64,000 bases of DNA, from contig OZ116698.1 in the NCBI GenBank assembly GCA_964199315.1, positions 11,656,001 through 11,720,000 of the forward strand, in the 5' to 3' direction. The DNA is from Orbicella franksi. Its lineage: Eukaryota. The notes under the pieces were generated by a model. That model saw only the letters and a program-made list of their open reading frames with translations. It made no database searches and was not told the DNA's origin. Positions 40,102 through 49,001 of this stretch are shown here, in pieces; the stretch's first letter is position 1, and each line of letters opens with the position of its first letter. Made by a program: the position numbers and the translations under genes.

Positions 40102-41906
40102 CTTCTGTCATCTTCAGTTGAATGATTACAAAGCAAGTTGAATAATAAGTAGACAAAAATGCTAATTAAGACAAATAGTAACAAAAGAACGTGAAAAGGT
40201 GTAAATTAAAAGGATAATTTTAGATTTACATGGTGTAATTGCTGATTGAGGCAAGGTAGTTCTTTTTCAATATGGATAGCCTCCTTTATCTTGAGTTGAA
40301 AGCTGGTAGTGGCGTGATCTAAAATATGAAAGCAACCTGTTGAACACAATGAGCAACAACGTTCAGAATTCTGAAGATGTTTGAAAATGTGAGAGGCCTT
40401 ATCAACGGCTAAGTGCTCACGTACGCGTGTGGAAAAATGTTGGGTGGTTTCGCCAACATAACAGGCATTACAGCTCGCACATGTAAACTTATAAACCACA
40501 TGTGAACAAAGCCCGCCGGGGATAGGGTCTTTCACACCAAAAAGGTTACCTATCTTAAAGGAAGAAAAAACTAATTTGATGTCTAAATCATTACAATAGC
40601 GCTTGATTAAGTGTCGAATCTTCTTCTGAGTGATGACAGAAAAATGGCCTATGTACGGCAGCTTAAAGTAAAACGTGGGCGAGGTGGTAAGGGGGTAGCC
40701 ATGGGGACAGTGATTGCTATGGGTCCCAGTGATGTAATGGTTAACCACTTTTTCAATTAAATGGGCAGGGAAAAGGCTCTTTTTGAGAATTTCAGTAAGC
40801 TTGGTTATGTCCTCGTGTAACCCCAACCAACTGTAACCCCAACCAAATTTTCAATGCTCTAAAATTTTATTTTATCGTAGGTATGTTGACGACACTTTTT
40901 GTTTATTTCACTTGGAGCACGATGCTGTTATATTTTTTGACTACATTAACTCTAGGCACCCCAACATAAGGTTTACTATGGAAGAAGAACTTAATCGCGA
41001 ATTACCCTTTCTAGATGTTCTTATTGATAATAGTGACACTAATTCTTTCTTAACTAGGGTTTACCGTAAGAAAACCTTTACTGGGTCATTAACTAATTAT
41101 TTTAGCTTCACCTCGTACTCATACAAAGTAGGTCTCATTAGCACTCTTGTTGACAGGGCCTTCAAGATCAACAACACTTGGTTGGGGTTACAGGAGGACA
41201 TAACCAAGCTTACTGAAATTCTCAAAAAGAACCTTTTCCCTGCCCATTTAATTGAAAAAGTGGTTAACCATTACATCACTGGGACCCATAGCAATCATTG
41301 TCCCCGTGGCTACCCCCTTACCACCTCGCCCACGTTTTACTTTAAGCTGCCGTACATAGGCCATTTTTCTGTCATCACTCAGAAGAAGATTCGACACTTA
41401 ATCAAGCGCTATTGTAATGATTTAGACATCAAATTAATTTTTTCTTCCTTTAAGATAGGTAACCTTTTTGGTGTGAAAGACCCTATCCCCGGCGGGCTTG
41501 GTTCACATGTGGTTTATAAGTTTACATGTGTGGGCTGTAATGCCTGTTATGTTGGCGAAACCACCCGATATTTTTCCACACACGTACGTGAGCACTTAGC
41601 CGTTGATAAGGCCTCTCACATTTTCAAACATCTTCAGAATTCTGAACGTTGTTGCTCATTGTGTTCAACAGATTGCTTTCATATTTTAGATCACGCCACT
41701 ACCAGCTTTCAACTCAAGATAAAGGAGGCTATCCATATTGAAAAAGAACTACCTTGCCTCAATCAGCAATTACACCATGTAAATCTAAAATTATCCTTTT
41801 AATTTACACCTTTTCACGTTCTTTTGTTACTATTTCTCTTAATTAGCATTTTTGTCTACTTATTATTCAACTTGCTTTGTAATCATTCAACTGAAGATGA
41901 CAGAAG

Positions 41907-41937
<31 letters not shown>

Positions 41938-44900
41938 AATTGGTCGTTTTCCTTAAAATCTTTACGTGTCTGCTGTTATCTAGATATTTCAGATGATATT
42001 TCAGATGTTTCTTCAAAAACAATAATTCATTGCAGGCTTAAAATCATAGGAATATACTCTCCTCCCATTGCTTTGGCCAGTTTGGCACTTAAGTGGAAGC
42101 CACCTTTCTGAGCGATTGTCAACAAAGTCATGTAACAGTCACAGTAAGTCTACCACCTGTACGTTTCTTTTAATTGCCAGCGGTTTTTCCAGTTATAGTT
42201 AAATTTCAACCTGCAACTTGCAAAATATACCTGCCGGTTTTTTTATCTCATTTCCTTTTTTCAGAGCATCTTTAATTGCTAATTTTAAGAAACTTTTCCC
42301 AGTGAAAACACCCAGTCACATGCAGTGCATATCATATGTGTGACCTATTTATTATAAGGGCTTGTGCGACAAATGTGAAATGACTCACACGAGTAAAACA
42401 ACAGTCAGAAGGACACCAATAAAAAGAGTGTTTTAAAAGGCCTTTGCTTTCAATACACTTTAACTCATTATTTACCAATAAATTATCATATTTCAAATTC
42501 TTCATGTGTAGCATTTAAACAAAATTGTTTTCTAAACAGTTCCTTCTAAGTTGGTAGATCACACTTGATATTGTCAAAGTCATTTAATTCCACTGCCTAT
42601 TCAGCCCCATTTGAAATGGTCAATGCTGACACAAACTACAAAAAAATTTTTGCCTGGATAGATTTTATCAGGAATCATCACTTGGTCCTTTGAGTCGTCC
42701 CTTTAAATCTTCAAAAGATACATCAAGCAGAGAAAATACGATTATCACGTGCCCTCAATTGCATATTATGCTTCAATGGCCATCAAACTTGCATAATTTG
42801 CATATTTAATAAAAGAAGGTTCTTCATGGGTATATTCATAACAAACCTTGTCAATGCCTTAAGATGTGTTATTTTAACATCAGGGTTTCCCTTTTTTAAC
42901 CAGCTGCAAACAGCTTCTTGCAAGCAACTCTAATTTCAACCCTGCAGAAGCTTTAAAGACATCCTAAAAGGTTCCAAACCTCCAAATCAATGTTTTAAGG
43001 GTATAGGGGATTTCACTGTAAAAATGAAATCTAATGACTATTAGTAAACTTAATAAGTAGTAAGAGTAACACTGAACATGTGAAGGTTCTAAATCATCAC
43101 CTCTAAAGGGAAAATGCTGTTAAATTTTTTAGTGTACCACTTAATTCTCTAAACTATTTGCATATTTTAGAAGAGAAATGTATTGCAGTCAAGTCTACAC
43201 CTGTATTGCTAACAATTCTAGCTATCACAGGAGAACGTTAGTCCCAACATTTAATTTGGTATATGATACATGCAATCCTCATCAATCAAATACCCCTCTC
43301 ACTTACTCCCATGAATGCTATTGTTTCCACATTGCCTCAACAATTTGTCAGTACCCATTCATACACCTTAGTGGTCAAGAGACGCATTGTGAAAGTACTG
43401 TGTACTCAGTACCTCACCAAAAAACACAACTGAGGAAGTCAAGCCAAGACTCAAGACAAAACTATTTACAAAAATCTAGGATGCCTATTTGCTGCCAAGG
43501 CAGGATAATGTTACAAAATCAACAAGGACATAAGCTGTTGTTTAGAATAAGTAATTTCTAAAACCGGTATTTCAGCATTATAGAAAAATACTGATAATAA
43601 ATCTGCAATTGCAAAAAAAAATGTTTAAATNNNNNNNNNNNNNNNNNNNNNNNNNNNNNNNNNNNNNNNNNNNNNNNNNNNNNNNNNNNNNNNNNNNNNN
43701 NNNNNNNNNNNNNNNNNNNNNNNNNNNNNNNNNNNNNNNNNNNNNNNNNNNNNNNNNNNNNNNNNNNNNNNNNNNNNNNNNTAAAAATATTAAAAAGATC
43801 CTAAAACACTAATTCACAAGTTCACGCCATTATTCACTTTCTAAAATTTGCAGACACATGCTTGGCTAGCAGTTAANNNNNNNNNNNNNNNNNNNNNNNN
43901 NNNNNNNNNNNNNNNNNNNNNNNNNNNNNNNNNNNNNNNNNNNNNNNNNNNNNNNNNNNNNNNNNNNNNNNNNNNNNNNNNNNNNNNNNNNNNNNNNNNN
44001 NNNNNNNNACATACCAGTTGTTGCTTGAACTGTGCACTTGTAAGCCAAATTACTGACTAGTTAATATTATCAGTGTTAATCAAATAGGCATGGATAGATT
44101 TAGAGCACATATATACCTCTGTTGCTCCACAATTTGACAAATCAAAAGCTGGATCTGGAGACTCTCTTCCCTTAACAAGAAAAAAAAAAGAAAATTGAAA
44201 TCACAAGCAGAAAATGTATGCTTTAACTGATCTGAAGATACAATCTATTAATAAATAATTTCAGTACTGAAAAGCTTAAAAAAAATGAGAAAGCTCTGTA
44301 TTCACATGAGTTTTAATTAATAACTAGACTTTAAGACCTGTTAAGATCAAGAAACGGAGACCTAAGCCTCCTACAAGTACTACAATTTACAGAGCCATCA
44401 ATCTTTCCTCTAACACGGAAAATATCAGCGGTAAGGTCACACTCCTAAGCTGGATTGAAATTTGCTGTAACAATTGTCACTCTGCAATTAAGTTAAAAGG
44501 TTATTCGGGCATGGTCCATTTCAGTGGAAAAATATTTTGTACAGCAAATGAAATCCCAGGCCACGTGTGGTAAAATATTGCACTTGGGTCAAACTGGCCT
44601 ACAACTGTCAGAGCTCATTCCAGTTTCCATAGCATTTTCCCATTGCCCTGTAACAATTGCCTGTTTCCCCAAGCATTGCCAGGTTTGCTGAACACTATTT
44701 CTGCGTAAAGAGAGGCACAGTAAAAGAAAAATATTGACCTGCCCTGCTCAAAACAAAACGTTCACCTACAAGGACTTCACAATGTACCTTTCATCACATA
44801 AACATGGCAAGTTATTTTGGTAATGTTCAATACTCAAGTCAGTTAGGTAGGAAGACATTACTCTTTTGAGGAAAGAATTTATGAAAACAACACAGAATAG

Positions 44901-45489
44901 TGTTGACCAATATTTTGTGGGACAAGCAATGACGAAAACTCGTCTTGTACGAAAAAGCCGTGCATTTGGGTCAACAGGAAGAAAAGAAGACATTGGGCAG
45001 ATGTAAGATGTAGTAACCATGGAAATTTTAAAGCTGGTTTCAAGAGTCAGTCAATACTAAATATTGCAACGGAGAGCTCGTGATAACGACAGCCTTTTGA
45101 GAAGTCTGTGGCTTGCAAACCGAGCTGTTACCATCATGCTAACCAACAGATCAGCTCTTCTGATAATCAGAAAGAGCATCCAGGTATATCCTACAAAGGT
45201 AATGAAATTGTGTTTCTTGGCTTTTTTTCTAGTTTCTTCGTAAGACTCCAACTATCAAAGAAACCGAGTTCTTAGAATGACAAGGATTATTAGTAACGTT
45301 TTCGACTAATTAATTTGCGAACATACCCAAAGAGGAAACTGGTTACCGACCGATCGAACATCAGATCAAAACAACTATTCAAGAAATAAGCTACGTAATC
45401 TGCAAAAGCACACTTACTACGACCAGACATCGTTCCACCCGTTTCTTTGCTTCATCTTTACTGACTTTTCTTGACTTAAAAAACGGCAT
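26011..45489 (-). CDS. LRSAM1: E3 ubiquitin ligase LRSAM1 (LRR, coiled coil, SAM, RING), 27 coding exons
   Basis: Exon 1 45489-45418 MPFFKSRKVSKDEAKKRVERCLVV. LRR exons include 44170-44117, 39182-39138, 38925-38851, 37478-37410, 37063-36979 and 36874-36750 (...LARVRTLE). YVPPSKHLL at 35542-35492; DYWLIQYQRLLESKP at 28934-28836; SAM exon near 28080-27960; TECVICMDQK near 26800-26690; RING exon 26133-26011 SDVVLLNCGHVCCCFNCSNSLANCPICRNPVVQRVRIFLS*. Colinear with human LRSAM1, and splice phases are consistent. Confidence 0.95.
26410..26580 (+). mobile_element. tRNA-derived SINE (internally deleted)
   Basis: A box TGGCCTCATGG and B box GGTTCGAGCC in a tRNA-like head, then a non-tRNA body (GGGCAAGACACTT...GATAAGCTCCGGCC...GCAGAC). 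The same family appears reversed at 55335-55450. Confidence 0.85.
27861..27921. mobile_element. Mini-MITE (CAACCTCGTT...AACGAGGTTG family)
   Basis: Short inverted repeat. A cleaner copy lies at 46029-46069. Confidence 0.6.
31471..31750 (+). mobile_element. tRNA-derived SINE, second family
   Basis: tRNA-like head GGGGAGGCAGCATGGCCGGTAG...GGGTTCAAGTCCCGC followed by a non-tRNA body. Confidence 0.75.
35756..36148 (-). ncRNA. Candidate structured intronic ncRNA, copy A (393 nt, LRSAM1 intron 8)
   Basis: Block-conserved paralogue of 37672-38064 with the same length and orientation. Terminal and internal hairpins pair with G-U wobbles on the minus strand. Confidence 0.45.
37192..37245. repeat. 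(TGTC)n microsatellite
   Basis: Direct reading. It explains the spurious ORFs 37113-37295 and 37165-37365. Confidence 0.9.
37672..38064 (-). ncRNA. Candidate structured intronic ncRNA, copy B (393 nt, LRSAM1 intron 4)
   Basis: See copy A. Invariant blocks include GCTAAATGTAATTTAGGCTAAGTTAAAC, AAGTCATTCC, TGGTAAGTATC and CCCCAAGCTCATC...GATGAGTTTAA. Confidence 0.45.
40085..40117 (-). ncRNA. Second hammerhead copy in the inverted arm (sense to LRSAM1 pre-mRNA)
   Basis: Exact reverse complement of 41891-41923. Confidence 0.8.
41891..41923 (+). ncRNA. Minimal type I hammerhead ribozyme motif of the Penelope-like element
   Basis: CTGAAGA-T-GACAGA(AGT)TCTGTC-GAAAC-AT-GTC: catalytic core, stem II, a minimal stem III with palindromic ACATGT, and a GUC cleavage triplet. 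Confidence 0.8.
43631..43781. other. Assembly gap (151 N)
   Basis: Run of N. Confidence 1.
43877..44008. other. Assembly gap (132 N)
   Basis: Run of N. Confidence 1.
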
Positions 45490-46330
45490 AATCTCTGGCA
45501 GAAGAAGAAATAACTATTTAATTGGAGATCTACGCCATATTGCAGTGTACAGCCATTTTGTATTTAATGCATTGTGGGTAATACCGCACGTACCAAAAAT
45601 AGTTACAGGTGCAAGCGACCCTTCGAGAGAAATCAAATGTTTTTTCACCCGCAGAAACGCGAAATCAACTTTAGATTTTCACGGTTCAGAGAAAATTTTA
45701 CTGCATAACAGATCAGACGTCATACTTTATTTTCTATCTATGAAACAACTTTAGTCTCCTACGTAGAACGAGTGGGCGGAGATACGTAATAGCTTGTCAC
45801 ACAATTTATTCTGACGAAAACATTGCGTGACAAATCAAACTTCGCGTGACCCTTTCTGTTCACACACTTCCGGTCTTCTGGACTTCATGCAAAAACACTG
45901 TATAATTATATTATGGGGGAGTTTAAGAAGAAAAGAGCTAAAGCCAATGAATAAAACACTTGCTGGATATACCCAAAATCCCGAAAGAAAAAAAAAATCA
46001 GACTTGGATAAATATATAACTACACCATCAACCTCGTTCCCAGGGGGAATTCCTGGGAACGAGGTTGGTGTCCTTTTGCTGCGCACGCAAAAGCTCTGAT
46101 GAACCCTGACATTAAGTGATGGTAGGTACGTTTTTCATTATTAGCGCCTTTTGTTGGGAAAATTCCCGAAAATGTCTGCTCATGCTTATTTAAAGGTATG
46201 CTCAGAAATTTATGTATTTATTCTGTCTTTAATTGTATCTAGATCTACAACAATATTGGGTTGGTTCTCCTCGCGATTATTTTCAGCAACATTTTGCGAC
46301 ATCACGTGGGTGTCTAATTAGAACTTAAAA

Positions 46331-46416
46331 CAATAGACCTCAGTACGAGGCTCTGGGGAATAACTACAGAGTTTGTGGGGTTTATTCCCCAGAGCCTTGT
46401 GCTGAGGTCTATTGTG
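46331..46416. mobile_element. Small hairpin MITE
   Basis: AATAGACCTCAGTACGAGGCTCTGGGGAATAA / TTATTCCCCAGAGCCTTGTGCTGAGGTCTATT inverted repeat. Confidence 0.6.
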
Positions 46417-49001
46417 TTAGGCTGAATTTTAATATATCGAAATTGGTCTATTATTACAACTTATTGTAACTGAATGCCTAGTCCAGTCCTCGAAATCTTT
46501 ATGCCTCTCTCTTAACCCTATCTAAATGCAGGGAACAGATAACAAACGGAAGTTCAGAGACTGAATTACATGATACCAGCTCCTGCACCTGTGCCATCCG
46601 CACGTCAATTAAGTGGACTTTCACGGCTTCTTTCATTACAACTGACTTTTTCGCTAAAAGAAGTTCTTCTTAATATCGAAATTTGTAATTTCTTATTATT
46701 TCAAATCGGCCTCGTGCTGCACGCTCGACTGATTTTTGAAACCTGAATTTTTTTCAGGCTTTCATTTCACAGCTGCTTAATCATAAGCTGTGTATATAAC
46801 TGCGATGATCAATCATGTCTTCATGAAATGTTCCCTATTCGGTCCAGTGGCTAATACTTATTTACCAGTTACTATATCATCACCCTCAAGGGAGTATTGA
46901 GGATCAAAGTGAAAAATTTAACTAAATAAGCATTAACTTCACTAACTGAACTAGATGGCAGCCTTGAAACTGGACAAACTTTCACACAAACCAGCTGTCT
47001 CGTTCCAGTCACACAGTTGTTATATCGTTCACGCGGAAAATAGTTAGCGTTAAGTCACAATCACTAGGTATTTAATTAATACCGTAGAAATCTCCAAGAA
47101 GCAACTTATTAACTTTTCCATTAATCACATATATATATTTTCTCTCCCTTTGTCGCCAAAAGTGCTGAAGCAATGAAAAACAATACCGGAACCTCGATGA
47201 AAATATGGAAACATGATCACCGGGGAACCGCTATGACGTCACGAAAGCGGCGTCTCGGCTGAATGGAGGTATACAGGTCCATAAAGGATAAAGGCATTTC
47301 ACTTTCGGCAGTCAACACTCCAACCGAATTCGTAGGTGTGTCCACGCTTGATGTTCTAAACTTCAATCAGCCTAAAATCTTCGTTCACAAGCCAGAATCT
47401 TGTACCAAGGTAGGGATAATACATGTGTGTTGTGACTGGTAATGTCACTCTTGGCTCAACTTGGTTATATGACACTTCGATCTTTCAATTGAAAATGTTT
47501 TAGCTACAAATCACTGACAAATGCGAAAGTACTCCCTTAGAACTTAGTGATCGGTTAGCTATGTCAAGAAAGTTTACATTTAGAAGAGAAATCAATATGA
47601 ACTTTTTACAGTTGGTGTTTAAGAAAGTTACCACACAAGATCTCGATCGAAAGATCATTGTGCTTATGAGGTAAAATTTCTCCAAAACTTTGGCCGCTAC
47701 TATCTAGAATTGCGAAAAAATAGCACAAAATTGCAGCTTTTTCTTTACTGTGTCCGCCTGTGAGACAAATTTCGACTTTTTCGTGCTTTGGAAGCTGAGT
47801 AAAAATCGTAATGGCGAAACATTTAGGCAGTTACGATCACTCAACATCGCTGAACGTATAGTTGAGGTTCACTCTGTTCATTGACTTCGCTCGTATAATT
47901 TAGAGTATGCCCTTCGAAGGGCAAAGGCGAAGTATATTGTAAAAGATACATTTCAGCTTTTTGCAGTGAACCCGGCTTTAACGGTAAAAAAAACATAAAC
48001 TTTTATTTGAAAGAGAACTATTTCAAGAAAACCGAAAGTACGGTAGTGAACGAAAGCGGAAGTAGCCACATGGGCCAGTGGCCATCGCATATGCAAATCC
48101 AACATACATCACCCACGTAACATTTGAAAGGGAATCAACCTAGTTTTCCTTTCAGTTCCTCAGTAAGAGTGCCTCTTCCCGGCAATAATTTTATTAACAT
48201 CATAATATGGAGGAGGTGGTGTAAATTTTCAGTTTTCAATGCCCGTTATGCTAAAAGAAAACGTTATTTGACATATGTAATGTATCAAATTACATGGCTT
48301 GTTGGTTCTGGCTTATAGGCCAGTGGGAAATCTAACCATACAATGAAAGATGGCAACCTTGACTGAAAAAGAACTTGAGTGAATTTTATGAAGCTCTCCT
48401 GGCTCGAAGTGTCACATTTTTGCACATTAAGTGAACAGTGTTATCAGGCCCCGTGAGCAGCTGGTTTCTCTTTGGCGTAGAAGAAACCAACTGTGTGCTC
48501 GCAGTTGGTTTCACTTCTTTGCTTCAGGGCCATTCCCTTGCGTCCGCCACCAAACACAGACACTTTCAATTTACACAATTTTGAATCTGTTGCAAACCGT
48601 GGCGAATATTGCGAATCCGAAATGTAAACAATTTACACGAAATTTAGCCAATCAGATACTAATTTAGCTGGTGAACTACGATATCTTTGCGGAATAAAAT
48701 TGAGCCGGAAGTATGGTTGTGCTAAGGAGGCAACGTTTCCGGTCTTTCCCTTGTCAGTGTAAATTTCCCGCGGAAATGCTTTTATGCATGGTTGGACTAT
48801 TTCCCCCGTCTAAGAGCCTCAATGACTACGCTGTCGCTAAGGAGGACTTATTACCCGTATATCTTCGGATTTCCCGCTTCTAAATATAAGCTAAATATAA
48901 GCTAAACATTTGGTTGTATTTAAGTGTTTCATTGATAGCCCCTTAACACTGATTTTTGAGTCATGTCATAAGAGAATGTTCTACTTCATTTACTTTCCAG
49001 C

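Larger units (their letters stand above)
40042..41966 (+). mobile_element. Penelope-like retroelement (RT C-terminus and GIY-YIG endonuclease) with an inverted duplicate of its 3' end, in LRSAM1 intron 2
   Basis: The plus frame from ~40849 reads FQCSKILFYRRYVDDTF...HPNIRFTMEEE...LPFLDV...VYRKKTFTG and GIY-YIG VVYKFTC..CNACYVGETT...VREH...LKIKEAIHI, stop 41802. 40042-40830 is the reverse complement of 41178-41966. AGATATTTCAGATG flanks both sides (40028-40041 and 41982-41995). Confidence 0.92.

Noticed and set aside
43609-44060. ORFs running through X residues
   Set aside because: Artefacts of the N gaps.
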